This document shows, piece after piece, positions 1 through 13,075 of a stretch of DNA of 64,000 bases. The stretch is from Camelus dromedarius (lineage: Eukaryota). The notes under the pieces were generated by a model. It was not told the origin of the DNA and ran no database searches. It saw only the letters and a list, made by a program, of their open reading frames with translations. Numbering within the stretch: position 1 is the first letter of the stretch; each line of letters opens with the position of its first letter. Made by a program: the position numbers and the translations under genes. Where the stretch lies: positions 29,514,001 to 29,578,000 of the forward strand of contig NC_087437.1 of the NCBI RefSeq assembly GCF_036321535.1. Reading direction: 5' to 3'.

Positions 1-231
1 TGTTTCATTGCTATACTCATAGATTTTTCCTGATCTTATCTCTCATTTTCACTGACCTTGAGCATGTTAATATTAGGTGAAAGCTATATATAGCATAATC
101 CTCAATAACTACAACATAATTGTGTTGATCTGGAAATCTCAGGGTATTTAATTCTAATTCTTAATAAAAGCCATTAATTAAATTTAACAATTCATAAGGG
201 AAAATATATGTGAAAGTGTGGCTACCCTAAA

Positions 232-638
232 CCAGGGTATTGCTCACAATAGGCTACTTTATACCATGGTAATTAATTAAGCCCTAAATCCTGATGCATT
301 GTCAAAATGAAGGTTTATTTCTTGCTCATACTACATGTTCATGACAGTTTGTTGGGGTGGGGAGGGGAGCTGTGCTCCACATTGTCAGGCAGGGACCCAG
401 ATTGGTGGAGGCTCCGGCATTGTGTAGCTGCATCGAAAATGAAGGAATCTTGCTTCTGTGGAATGGCTTGAATCTTTTACAGGTTTTTCACTGCTTCAGC
501 ACTTGAAGTCACACAGGTCACCGGACTAAAATTTCACTGGTCAGAGCTAGTCATAAAACTCCACGTAACTGTAAGGATGTGAGGAAATGTGGAAGCAAAT
601 GAAATGCTTGATGAAGTTGATTGTCGTTTCCGCAAACA
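232..638 (-). mobile_element. Old MaLR solo LTR (MLT1K/L-like)
   Basis: Antisense MLT1 hallmarks: aaggtttatttcttgctcatactacatgt, gggacccagattggtggag, cactggtcagagctagtcat. Confidence 0.6.
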
Positions 639-1601
639 GCAACTACTGAACCTGTGTCTACTTAGCCAGCTTTTAAGAGCCCCGTAAAAAAAAACATGGA
701 TTCTTTGGAGTTGCTACCAGCAACACAAGCCATTCTTAAACATAGCTACTAAATTCACTTCTGAATGGCACGTCCTTGCTCCTTCCTTATTTAAGGCACG
801 TTACAGTGCCATACGCTGCATGGTTTTCCTCTGACACAGGCCGTAATAACCCACAGTACAGTGTAGAAAACCAGGACTTGTAGAGATCAAGTAAACATCC
901 TAAAGCAACAAAGCTAGTAAGCAGTAAAATTGTGATTCTAAACTGGGGTTGTCTGAATATGAGACTCTTTCTGGCAACTGAAATGGCCTTCCTTCATGTC
1001 ACAACAGACTTAGATTTATGCAGCTTCAAAGGAGATAGGCACTGGTATTTTCTTTTCCATGCACTAGCTCCTTCCTGAACTAAAACAACTACCAGATCTC
1101 AGCCGTAACAGCATCATAATAACTGATCTCTTTTCAGACTTGGAAAGGAGAATACTAATCTGTCATGATTCTAGAAACAAATAACATCACGTATAAGAAA
1201 CTGAGCTTCAGTCAAAAGATGATGTGAAGTAGATGGTCCTTGCATCATACAAGGTCATTAGTAAAAATTTAGAGACTTCTTTAACATAAGCCAATACATA
1301 TTTTGGTGCATAATATTCTTACCAAGACCTACATTTGAAAACCCTGAGTCTAGTCATTTTCAGGTTCCTTCATTTGGAAATGTATTTCCCTTTAAACACA
1401 TCCTTTGGAATCTACGGGATAATCTAGCTAAAATACAGGAAATAAAAATTCAGTGGCATGCTAACTATGACCATTGTTTGAGATGTGTTAAATTTAGAGA
1501 AACTCAGAACTTTTCCTCTAATAAAAGAAAATATTTATTGTTTTAATTTTGACAGGTTTATGTCTGAACTATTATACTCTACTTGCTTCCAGTAATTCTT
1601 T

Positions 1602-1750
1602 CTTTTGTTTTCTTTTTCATTTTTTTATCAATTTTTTTAAGGGGGGAGGTAATTAGGTTTCTTTATTTATTTCTGATGGACGTACTGGGGATTGAACCCA
1701 GGGCCCCATGCATGCTGACACTCTGCCCCTGAGCTATACCTGCACCCCTA
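1602..1750 (-). mobile_element. tRNA-derived SINE, camelid vic-1-like
   Basis: Antisense B box ggggattgaaccc and A box gagctatacc, T-rich tail. Perfect 16-bp TSD cttccagtaattcttt at 1586-1601 and 1751-1766. Confidence 0.9.
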
Positions 1751-3271
1751 CTTCCAGTAATTCTTTAAACATTAAGTTGTGTCTTGAAATGATTGTTAGG
1801 AGCAGGCTTTATAAGAGTGTATAGATCACTTCAAAACACTGATACAGAGAACTGTCAAGAAATTTATTTTTTAAACATATTTTGAGTCTAAACTATTTCT
1901 CCTTAAAACATATTCACAGCTAGGAATGTCTGTTCATCCCTGTTTTGGTTACTGGGCTTACAAATCAGATTGTTTCCAGAGCCCTAAGAGATCAGTGTTC
2001 GGATTCTAATACGTTATTATTCCACTTATCTAGGAACCGACTACTTAGTAACATCAAACATCCAGAGTCCAAAAAACAAAAAGGTGCCTGACCAGCTAAA
2101 CTATATAATACAAAACATACTAATTTATTTAAGGAGGATCTAATCTGGGACATACTCAGAGCCTCTTTGTTCATATTTTAGGTAGAATTTTACTGTAGTC
2201 TATAGTGTGATTAACTAATTCAATAAGTAGGAGGTAGGAAATTTTTAAAGAGAGAAGAGTTACAGAGGCAGGTGGGTTCCTCTTCTTTTATGTATATTTT
2301 TTTGTTGCTACACATATAACTGTGGCCAGAGTAAGAGTCAAAGTCAAAGGTTGAGACTTGTATCTGCCATAAAGTGCAGGTATTGCCAGGATGTTCTTAT
2401 CATGACAGGTGTACTTTAGTACTAGTGTGGTGGTAGGGAAAGGGGTGGAGGTGAATAGACATGGGTCAGGCAGTTAGGTAAACACTGGGGCTTACAGGAT
2501 GCATTGGGCAGAATGAGGGGAACAGGCATGGGAGGGCTGAAATAGAAATCATATAGTGTAACACGGAAGTTAGATTTTTTTCTGGAATATATATGTATGC
2601 CTGTGTTTGTTTTACAGAGAACAAAACCTTTGAGGGATTAACAATTCATAGCTAAGTTTATGAAAGAGCCTTTTTTGCTCTCATCACAATTTGCTAAATC
2701 AAGACAGGAAGCACCCAATACCCTGACATTAAATTGAAAGATGTATGTATATTCAGAAATTGTGTTTATCTTTCCCTTTCTTCATTTCCTAACAGATATT
2801 ATCAGCACTAAATCCTGTGCTGAAATCAATTTTTTTTTCCTAAAAAAAAAAAAGCTTTTTTATGGACAGGGAAATAGCATAGAGCTAATGCAAGAAAAAA
2901 GAAAATGTGAGACCTTAAGTTCCTATGTGTCAAAACCAATAACTTGAGATTTTTTTAAAAATACAGTTTTCATTAATGATGTCTGAAGTGTTCTGAGCAT
3001 TGAAATTTTGTCATATACCCATATGGCAGAAATAAATAAATACTCCTATATTTATACATATATCTCTGTAATTTTGATATTGGTGGATTAGGACCAGTCC
3101 TTCTGTTGATAACTAGAAAAGCTGACATGAATATATATGCTTAAATGTTTGTGGAGTTATCAATGAACAGTCAGAATAGTAAAGAATTGGACATTCTTTA
3201 TTAGTGAAAAATGGTCAAAGTACTTAAATACATAAATATGAAATAAAAAATAACCTAGACATTCTTAAAAT

Positions 3272-4387
3272 AGAAAAAACAGGAAAGGAAAAAGTAGAAC
3301 TATCATTATGTGTGGATAGCATGATTCTATACACAGAAAACCCTAAAGACTTCAGCAAAAAAATGTTAGAACTAATAAATGAATTCAGTAAGGTTGCAGG
3401 CTGCAAAATTAATATACAAAAATCTGTTGCATGTCTATACACTAATAACAATTTTCAGAAAGAGGAGCCAAGGAAACACTCCTATTTATAATTGCGTCAA
3501 AAAGAATAAAATACCTAGGAATAAATTTAACCAAAGAGATGAAAGATTTGTACACAGAAAACTACAAGACAATGATAAAGGAAATTGAAGACACAAATAA
3601 ATGGAGAGATATTCTGTGTTTGTGGATTATAAGAATTCATAGTGTTAAAATGTCCATACTACCCAAAGCCATCTATAGATTCAATGATTCCTATCAAAAT
3701 ACCAGTGAGATTTTTCACAAAACTAAAACAAAGAAGTCTAAAATATATATGGAACTACAGAGGACCCTGAATAGCCAAAGTGACCTTGAGAAACAACAGA
3801 GCTGGGGGTATCACACTCCCTGGTATCAAACTATACTGTAAAGCTACAGTAATCAAAACAGTGTGGTATTGATCTAAAACAAACACATAGGTCAATGAAA
3901 CAGAATAGAGAGAATAGAGAGAAATAAACCAAGACTTATATGGTCAATTAATTTACAACAAAGAAGGCAAGAATATATACTGGAGAAAGGACAGTCTCTT
4001 AATAAAAGGTGTTGGGAAAACTGGACAACTACATGCAAAAGAATAAAACTGACCACTGTCTTAACACTGTATGTAAAAATTAACTCAAAATAAATTGAAG
4101 ACTTGAATGTAAGACCTGAAACCATAAAAATCCTAGAAAAAAACATAGGCAGTAAGCTCCTTGACATTGCTCTTAGTAATGCTTTTTAGAAATGACTCCA
4201 AAGGCAAAGGCAACAAAAGAAAAAAGTGAACAAATGAAAGTGTATTGAATTAAAAAGCTTCTGTACAGCAAAGGAAACCATGAACAAAATGAGAAGGCAA
4301 CCTACTGAATGGAAGAAGATATTTGCAAATCATATATCCAATAAGGGCTTAATATCCAAAATATATAAAGAACTTGTATAACTCAAT

Positions 4388-4431
<44 letters not shown>

Positions 4432-5428
4432 AAAACCAGTCTGATTGAACAGTGAGCAGAGGACCTGGATAAACTTTTTTCTAAAGAAGACATACAGGTT
4501 GTCCACAGGTAAATGAAGAGATGCTCAACATCACAGGTCATCAGGGAAATGCAAATCAAAATCAGGAAATATTACCTCACACTTGTCAGAATGGCTATTA
4601 CCAAAAAATAAAAATAAAAAAGGAAAAAAAAATCCAAATGAAAAACAAGAAATAGCAAGTGTTGGTGAGGATACAGAGAAAAGGAAGCCCTTGTGCACAT
4701 TGGTAGGAATGTAAATTGGTGCAATCACTCTGGAAAGCAGTATGGAGGGTCAAAAAAATTAAAATAAATAATTTAAAAAAATAGATAATTAAAAATAAAT
4801 AATTTTAAAAAATGGTCCAATGATTCCACTTCTGGGTATCTACCTGGAGAAAATAAAAAAACTAATTTGAAAAGATATATGCACCACTATGTTCACTGCA
4901 GCACTATTTATAATAGCCAAGATATGGAAACAACCTAAGTGTCCATCAATAGATGAATGGATAAAGAAGATGTCATATATATATATATATATATATGACA
5001 TATATATAAAATTCATATAAAATATATATATGAATACTAAGCCATAAAAAAGAATGAAATCTTGCCCTTCAAGACAGGAGAGATGGACCTAAAGGGTATT
5101 ATATTCAGTGATACAAGTCAGACAGAGAAAGCCAAATAATGTATAATCTCACTTATATGTGGAATATGAAAACCAAACTAAACCAAACCAAACCCAGGCT
5201 CAAGGATACAGAGAACAGACTGGGGGTTGTCAGAGAATAGGGAGGTTGTGGGGTGGTAAAATGAGTGAAGGAGATCAAGAGGTTAAAACTTCCGTTTATA
5301 AAATAAGTAAGTCATGGGGATGTAATGTAGAGCATGGAGAATACATTCAGTAATACTGTATTAACTTTGTATGGTGACAGATGGTAACTGTGGTGATCAT
5401 TTCACAAAGTATACATACATTGACATCA
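3272..5428 (+). mobile_element. 5'-truncated L1 (3' half of ORF2 plus 3'UTR, L1MA9-like end), decayed
   Basis: Translates to L1 ORF2 segments ([52 protein letters not shown]). RT FADD motif is mutated to CVDS at 3309-3320; multiple stops and frameshifts. Confidence 0.95.
4388..4429. repeat. (AAC)14 microsatellite inside L1
   Basis: Read directly from the sequence. Confidence 0.95.
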
Positions 5429-5431
5429 GGG

Positions 5432-5550
5432 AGTAAATTCTACAAAGATAGGAACCTTATCTTTTTTCTCACTACTATATTTCTAGCATTTATAGCAATG
5501 CCTTACGTATAGTAGGCATTAGATAAAAATTTGATGAATGAATGGATGAA
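5432..5550 (+). mobile_element. L2 3' end
   Basis: atagtaggcattagataaaaatttgatgaatgaatggatgaa, a typical L2 terminus. Confidence 0.7.
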
Positions 5551-6534
5551 CCACAATACAAACTATTGTGCCAATCTCTTTACTCTTTGATTATTTCTTT
5601 AGACTAGATTTATCAGTGATCACCTAATGTAACACATTGTGATCAACTTATGCTTTGATTTTTTGTTTGTTTGTTTAATTTTTAGCTATAGTAAATCTAG
5701 CGGCCACTGTATTTCAACTTTGGCCTAAGAAATGGTCTTATCTTGTTTGTTTAATTGCCTTGCCTCATTAGAAATGAATTTTTATTTTAATGTAACTGTA
5801 TGTTATACTCTTAAGAAGAATTAAGGTCAAAATTTGAAGAACTGCTTCAATAATAAGTTTAAATTGCTACATCATTTTATGACCTCCCCATTTCCACCAT
5901 TTAGCCCATGTTTTTTACTGCCTTTAAAATGTTTGTTTTTATTGCTTTTAAAGTTTCCCTTGAGGCCAGAGAACATTTATTGCCCTTAACTGTCCGCAGT
6001 CATATTTCTTAGCAGGAATCTTAAAGAGAGGGAGAAGAATGAAGATATTGTCCATTTTGAGAAACTAGATTCTACTTTCCCTTATAAAATTATACTCATC
6101 AGTTTACCAAACTTTCATTGAGCACCTACAGAGTCCTGGGTCCTTGATGAGGGTCAAAGAACAAAGACTAAAAAAGATTTCCTACCTTCAAGTACCTCAT
6201 AGCCTAGTAAGGAAACTTAATAGTTTTAAAATGAATCAGGGAACATTAATTCATTCTTGATTTAATGGTTTGTTCTGTGAGAAAATATTATTCATAACTT
6301 GGGAAAGAAAAAAATCATTAGATGTTCTTTCGGTGAAGTGCTGGGCTTGACTTTGACTGGGCTGTTCTGCAACTCTATTAGGGCAGAGGTTAACTTACAG
6401 ATTTTGTTCGGCAGAGGTCCTGTCTGGTGGAAAAATAACTCTCAAAGTTTATTTCTTCTCGAGACATTAACCGATTTCATTACCCATATACCTTATTTTA
6501 ACATTCCTTTATTAAATCATGCATATATCTACGA

Positions 6535-6735
6535 CACTGGTGTGCTGGATCCGTCCGTCTCAGACTGGCTTATGAGAACCAATTATTTAATTTTCAAGAA
6601 TTTTGAAAGCTCATTGACTTCTCGTTGGTACCTTAAAATCAGCCATGCTTGGAGTACCTGGACTACAAAAACTGACAGCTACTACAAGTCAGGGGTTTTT
6701 ATTTGTTTCCTGGAAAACCAGTTGAACCAGTTTTA
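6535..6735. mobile_element. MER63A-like hAT MITE
   Basis: Starts cactggtgtgctgga; internal aattttcaagaattttgaaagc and aaaatcagccatg match recalled MER63 consensus. Confidence 0.7.
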
Positions 6736-8549
6736 ATCTTTTATTGGTTCCCTCATTAATTGATGAATTAAATTCAACTGGTGATTTAAATAAAAATTTT
6801 GACATGTTCATTTTATGTCTTTAATGGTTTTTAATTTGTTTTAAAATTATACTCTTAATAGTTAATGTCAATTGCCTTTCTCAGGAATTGTTTGAGCCAT
6901 CATTCTACTATGTAAAAGAACTTGATTTTTCCCTGTCACTGGAACAAACACAAAGAGATAGCTCAAGGTGGCCTGTTTTAGGAGGACAATCTAAAAGCTT
7001 ATAACTGGTAATAGTTTATCTTAACCACAGGTTAAGAGCAGGCAAAATAATGTACAATTCCAATACTGATAAACAGTTGAATGACCTAAATTCACCAACC
7101 TGACTTTGCAGAGTAAGGTCTCATTCCCTTTTAATGTATGGGTTGATTGCCAGGAAATTACCATTTTCAGTGTGTTCCCAGCTATTTCTGAGGATTTCAT
7201 TTACTACTTCAGTTGAGCCTCTGAAGATGTTAATTCAAATCTTTACTACTTATAAGAGAGATAACTACTAGTTAAAGAGTTTGGTTGTTCTCTTATATAA
7301 AGTTTCAAAAAACTCAGTCTTGGCTTAACCATAACAACTTACTCATCATTTTTACAGAGCAGTTTAAAAGAATATATCACTTTGGAGAACTAAAAAAAAA
7401 AAGTCTTGCGAGATGATCAAATATAGGTCTTATTATCCTCATTTTACAGATAAGAAAACGAAGAACTAAAGGCCTTATCTTGGGAAATGTCCCATGCTGT
7501 ATGGGACAATTATGAAATGACCTTGTTGTGGCGTTCTCTTTAAAATGTGGAAAACAGAATACAAACTGTTTAAGTGAATAGAAAATAGTTTCATAGCACT
7601 AAGTTAAAAAGTATGCAAACATTATGTGTACAAGCGTCACAAGACCAAGATTGAAGCTAAAGTTAGGTTCTTAAATTGTTTTATTTTCTGAGCATATTCA
7701 GCTAACAACTCATAATTACCGAATCTGGCAAGCAGTGAAAATATTGGGTGATTTAAGATGCTTAGTTTGTATGTTTAGATTTTTAATTTGGGGATTTGCC
7801 ATGGAGCAAGTTCTTGGCTCTTGATGGAAGTTTCAGTGTTCTTCAGCTATACTCTTTATTAGGTACATGGATTTCTTTTTGGTTTGGTCATTTGACAGTA
7901 AATTTTTTTTTTTTTTCACTTTGAGGTTTTGCTGACGTTTTCACATCACCAGTTGAATTTTTTTTTTAAGTCACTATTGTGTTTTTCACAGTTGGATGTT
8001 GATTGTGGCTTTTGAAATAATTGTCTAATGAAGCTGAGTTATTTTAAAGCTTTCATTGAGTAAAAATGCTTTTGGTAGCTAAGGTAATTTCAGGGAAGCT
8101 CTTTGATGAGGACTTTGCTGTTTGGGCTTATAAGTTTCTGAGGGAATAAAAGGCTCAGTGGAGGTAAGTTTGGCTAAAACCTTCCCTTTTGCTTCACTTT
8201 GCACATAGAAAATACGGTTGTAGTAAGGCCAGCTTCATAGACAGCCCTGAAAAAAATAATTGTTATTGGAGTGAATTTGCCTGAATTTGAACAGTAAATT
8301 AAAATACATAGTATAACAAATCATAAGGACTGTTATTATTTTTATTTTCTCATGATAATGTAAGTATGACTTTAATTTATAACATTGCTTAGGTTTTTGT
8401 CACTTTCTTGGTTAGCCTCAGGGGGAAATGAATGAAATAGGAAATAAGACTCAGGTCTTGTTGTGTCTGTCAAAAATAAAAGTTTCAAGGCAAGGCTCTA
8501 TTTGAGGATAATAATAAAAAAATCCAAGGGTACTTTTTTACCTTTTTTC

Positions 8550-9093
8550 ACTTGGCTAGGTTGCACTATATTTCCCAGAATCCCCTGCTTTATGTTTCCA
8601 GTTAGGATTGTCCATGAGACAGATTCTTGGGAGATTTAGAAGGCAGAAAGAAAGCAGCCACCATTTTGTAGCTCAAACATGTTGTTGCTGATTGGTTGAC
8701 TCATCTTGTTGGTGTGAAACCCAGCTGAGCTTGCAACTGTTCTGTCTTTCCATGCCTTCTCCTTCTGTTTCTCTGACTCCTGGGCCATATGTGTGTGTTT
8801 AGTTCTGTGAGGAAGGACCTGGCTTCTGCAAGACACCCATGTCACCCACACTAGGGCCAACAAGAACTGGCATGGGTTTCAGCCCTTTCTTGTGGAGTTC
8901 CAGCTTATGCTTTTGAGTTCTAGTTTGCTCTCGGTCTCCCCCATTTTACACTTATCTTCCCTTCCCAACTGCTTGCTCTGAAGACTCTAAGCTGCAGCTT
9001 CATATGTGAAGAAAATAGCTTTGCAGAGAATAACCAGCTACCTACATAAGGCGAAATCCCAAAAATATATCTGTGTATATGTGTAAATGTGTA

Positions 9094-9124
<31 letters not shown>

Positions 9125-9165
9125 CTTAGTGTTTATATTTCTCTGGTTGAAACTTGAATGATATA
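8550..9165 (+). mobile_element. ERVL solo LTR (MLT2E/F-like)
   Basis: 5' ttggctaggttgcactatatttcccagaatccc; 3' tttctctggttgaaacttgaatgata; internal (TG)/(TA) run. Confidence 0.65.
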
Positions 9166-10031
9166 GTACCCCTTCAGAAATATGAGAGGCACTTGAATAG
9201 TAGAATGCCACTACAAGATTTTTAACACAATTATGAAAAAAAATTAGAAACCTGTTCTACCCACAACTGTTGCCCACATCCCTAATTGAATCCTAGTCCC
9301 CCATACTCTTATGTAACAGACAAGATGTGAGAACATGCGACACTAGATGCTTTGAGAGAAATACCAGTAGACCCCAGATAAGGAAATGATAGTCTAGAAC
9401 AAGTTATCCATTTTATACCTGGGCAAATGGAAGGTTTGGATAGAGTTGATCCTGTATGATAGAATGAAAAGAAATAACACGATGACTAGGTGAAATTTTG
9501 GATGAAGAGAAAGGGGGGAAAGACTCTCAATTATGTAAGACAGAGAAGAAGTGCAATATGGGGAAAAGAAGAAAATATTTCATAACATTTGTTTTGTATA
9601 CAGAAGAAATTTAAAAGGGAATTAAATCAATGAAACTAAATGAGACATTACACCAACAGAATGTGATTAATAATGCAGAGCTAAGTCAGTCCATTAAGGG
9701 CAAAACACTACTGTACCACAAAAACAATATAAATTAGAAGAAGGAGAAAATAATATATTGGGCTGAAACCTAACTGGAAGCATGTAGGAAAGGTCAAGAA
9801 AGTTATAGTCGGGACAGAAGCAATAACAGTGATTCCATTTGAGAAAGATAACAGATATGGTTAAATGGATAACAGTAATAGAGCTTAAGAGTATTTAATG
9901 AGTATGATGTTGAGAAGATTATTAGCAGTATAGAAAATGTATACAATGTTGTAATAAAGTAATTTTCCTGAAATAATCATTCATTTTTTTACCCATCAAA
10001 TTAGAGTGTTAAAAATAATAGTTTGCTTAGA

Positions 10032-10213
10032 TTTTTTTTTTCTAATTTTTTTAGGGCAGAGATAATTTGGTTTATTTATTTATTTATTTATCTATTTTTT
10101 TACTTACTTATTTTACTTACTTACTTACTTTTTTAATGGAGGTACTGAGGATTGAACCCAGGACCTCATGCATGCTAAGCACGCACTCTACCACTGAGGT
10201 ATACCCTCCCTCC
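10032..10213 (-). mobile_element. tRNA-derived SINE, vic-1-like
   Basis: ggtactgaggattgaacccaggacctcatgcatgctaagcacgcactctaccactgaggtataccctccc; expanded (TTTA)/(TTAC) linker. Confidence 0.9.
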
Positions 10214-11559
10214 TAGTAATAATATTCTTGAAGTGAGTTGGGAATTCTCAAATATTCTTGAAAATTTAATTTGACGTAATATTTCTAGAAATCAATTTGA
10301 GAACTGAATTGTCTTAAATTCTTTCTAAAGCTAGGAGTGAATTCCCTGAGCTCCGCTTTCCTTTCATAACAGAAAGTTTAATGTAATTGCAAGTTAAATT
10401 GCTGGTTTTAAATGTGGCACCAGATGCGTTATGAAATAACCCAAAATGTAGATTTTCAAAGGGAATGTTTAGGAAATGGTTGCACAATTTTAGAAATTCC
10501 TTACCATCAAAAGGATATAGAAAGGGTCAGGAATTGTGGAGTTCTGAAGATGTGTAAGGGTATTTCTGTGGAGAGAACTGATGCCATATATGAGTTCCCC
10601 GCTTACCCCACGTACACCACCACACACACACACGCTCACACACATGAGTTAGGATGGATATAGCTCTCCTTTCCTCAAGCCTGGAGATCTGTGTAGTACC
10701 AGAACCACTCTGTGAGTTTGACAACTCTTCTAGAATTTGAGAAAGATAGTGGACTGGCATCTGACTTCTGCCAGACAGGACAGTGAGACAGATGGACTGC
10801 CAAGCAGAGTGCAGAGTGAAGGGGAGGTAATATTTGGGTTTGCCTGTGCTTTTAGTATGACTTTGAACAAAATATTCACTAGTGTTTGTTGTGAACCGTG
10901 TGTAGGCCAGGTCGGGGAGAGAGGCAGCCTGGAGCTATTTGACTTCTTCCTAATAAGACTACCTACCTGTCTTGTAGGACTCCAGCAGAAAAAGTCTACA
11001 TGGAAAGGACAGTGGGAGAACCAGAGAATGAAGGTAATGCATCTGCCAAAGAAACAGAATATATCAAGATCAGCTGAGTTGCAATTGGAGTGTCTTAGTA
11101 GGAGGGATTTAAAAACTCCATCAAAGGTACATGTGAAAGAAAGGTCAGTTTTTCCAACAATTCCACAAAGCCAAAGTGTATTTCAACAATACCAGTCCAA
11201 TCAGAACTTTCTGTTCCATTCTCTCTTCCCTCTCTGTGCCAACCCACGTGGTCTTTAAGAATTACTGGCAAGTGAGGAAAAGGGGAGAAATGAAACGCTC
11301 TAGTGCCTGAAATCAGGTAGCAATTTTCTACAGACTGTACACTTCAGGACAGGGATGAGAGAAGCTTGAACAAAGACGGATGTGTGATTAATATATTACA
11401 GTTTCCAAATCAAAGCTATAATTTGCACAAGACCATCTATTACCTGAGAGAGACTAGAAAATCTCATGGTTGTCAAGAGTTTTTACCCAGTGAAAGGGGA
11501 AAACATTTTCTCCAGATAAAAAAATTTAAAGTGACACTGGGAAATTTAAAATTATAAAC

Positions 11560-12455
11560 AGTTTTGAACTTTTATTAAAGAATAATAATCAGAATAGTAC
11601 ATAAATCATAAGGCACAGTGCAATAAAGTTTTGCAAAGCGATCATACCCTGATAACCAGCACCTATACCAAGATTCATCACCAGGATCCCCAAAGCCCCA
11701 CTCATGCCCGCTTTAAATCACCTCAGTCAAATGTAACCACTTTTCCAACTTCTGACATCATAAATTAATTTTGCCTACTTTTGAATATATATAATACATT
11801 ATATTTATATATATGAATGAATATGAATTCTATGAATATAATCATATAGATGGAATTATATGGTATGCATTATTTTGTGTCCAACTTCATTCACTCAACA
11901 TTATGTTTTTTATACTCTTCCATGTTTTTGCATGTAATTGTAGTCTCTTTCGTTCTCATTTCTCTATGTTATTTTTCTACCTCAAGGGTTGGCCATCATA
12001 TGGGCCATGAACCAAATCTGACTCACACCTGTGTTTGTATGACCTACAAGATAAAAATGGTTTTTACATTTTTAAATGATTGAAAAAAATCAAAAGAAGA
12101 ACGTTATTTCAGGATATGTGAAAATTTTTATGAAATTCAAGTTTTAGTGCCAATTTAAGTTTTATTGCTCATCCATTTGTTTATGTATTGTCTGTGGCTG
12201 TTTTCAGGCTACATTGGCAACGTTGAAAAGTTGTAACAGAGACTGTATTGACTACAGAACCTAAAATATTTACTATCTCACCCTTTATAGAAAAAGTTGG
12301 CCAACTCCTGTTTTAAGTGAATGTACCACAATTTATTTATTTGACTATTGAAAAGCATCTGGGTAGTTTCCACTTTGGGGATATTGCAGATAATGCTGCT
12401 ATGGACATTCTTGCACATTTCCTTTCTGAACTTATATGTGCATTTCTGTCTTACT
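11560..12455 (-). mobile_element. Old L1 3' end (L1MC/ME-like), interrupted by MER58B
   Basis: Antisense L1 3'UTR motifs (tggaattatatggtatgcattattttgtgtc; ctgctatggacattcttgcaca) continue on both sides of 11983-12310. Confidence 0.75.
11983..12310. mobile_element. MER58B-like hAT-Charlie MITE
   Basis: TIR-like ends caagggttggcca / tggccaactcctg; internal aaaatggtttttacatttttaaatg and cctaaaatatttactatct. Confidence 0.85.
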
Positions 12456-12469
12456 TATTACCTATTTTT

Positions 12470-13075
12470 ACCACGAATGGGTGTTGAATTTTGCCATATG
12501 TATTTTCTGCATCAGTTGATATGATTAGGTGATTTTTTTCTTCTTTAGTCTGTTAATGTGATAGAATGCATTATTTGGTTTTCAAATATAGAAACAACCT
12601 TGCATCCCTGTAGTTAGCTCCACCTGGTTGTGATGCAGAATTCTTTTTTATAGATTGCTGAATTCTATTTGCTAACATTTTGTTAAGGAATTTTACATCT
12701 AGTTTCATGAGAATATTCTGTGTATAGTTTTCATTTTTGCACCATCTTCATCTGGTTTTGATACAGGGTAATCTATATTTTATAAATTGATTTGAAAAGT
12801 ACTATGTCTTGTTGTAATTTTAGGAAGAGGTTGTGTAGAATTGGTGTTAATTATTCATTAAACATTTGATACCATTCTCTCCAGAAACCATCTGGGCCTG
12901 TAGATTTTGTTATGGGAAGTTTTTAATTGATGAACTCAATTTCCCTATTAGTTATGGAGTTAAACAAATTATGGATTTTATAGAGTGAGTTGTGGTGGTT
13001 TGTGTTCTTTGAGACCTTGGTCCATTTTCATAAGTTGTCAAATTCAAGTTTATAGTGTTGCTTGTAGAATTCTGT
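12470..13075 (-). mobile_element. Old L1 ORF2 fragment
   Basis: Antisense ORF2 motifs gaatgggtgttgaattttg, aaccttgcatccctg, ccatctgggcctg. Confidence 0.8.

Noticed and set aside
3224..5353. Cluster of ORFs suggesting a gene
   Set aside because: All are sense or antisense fragments of a broken L1.
6299..6736. 145-aa ORF
   Set aside because: Starts at TTG and its 3' half runs through a MER63-like MITE.
8094..8163. Exon-like segment ending at a strong donor GAG|gtaagt
   Set aside because: Weak acceptor, stop in the best frame (KLFDEDFAVWAYKFLRE*), no recognised homology.
10737..11258. Longest ORF in the track (173 aa)
   Set aside because: Starts at TTG, shows no recognisable domain and no supporting exon structure; probably a chance frame in decayed repeat-like DNA.
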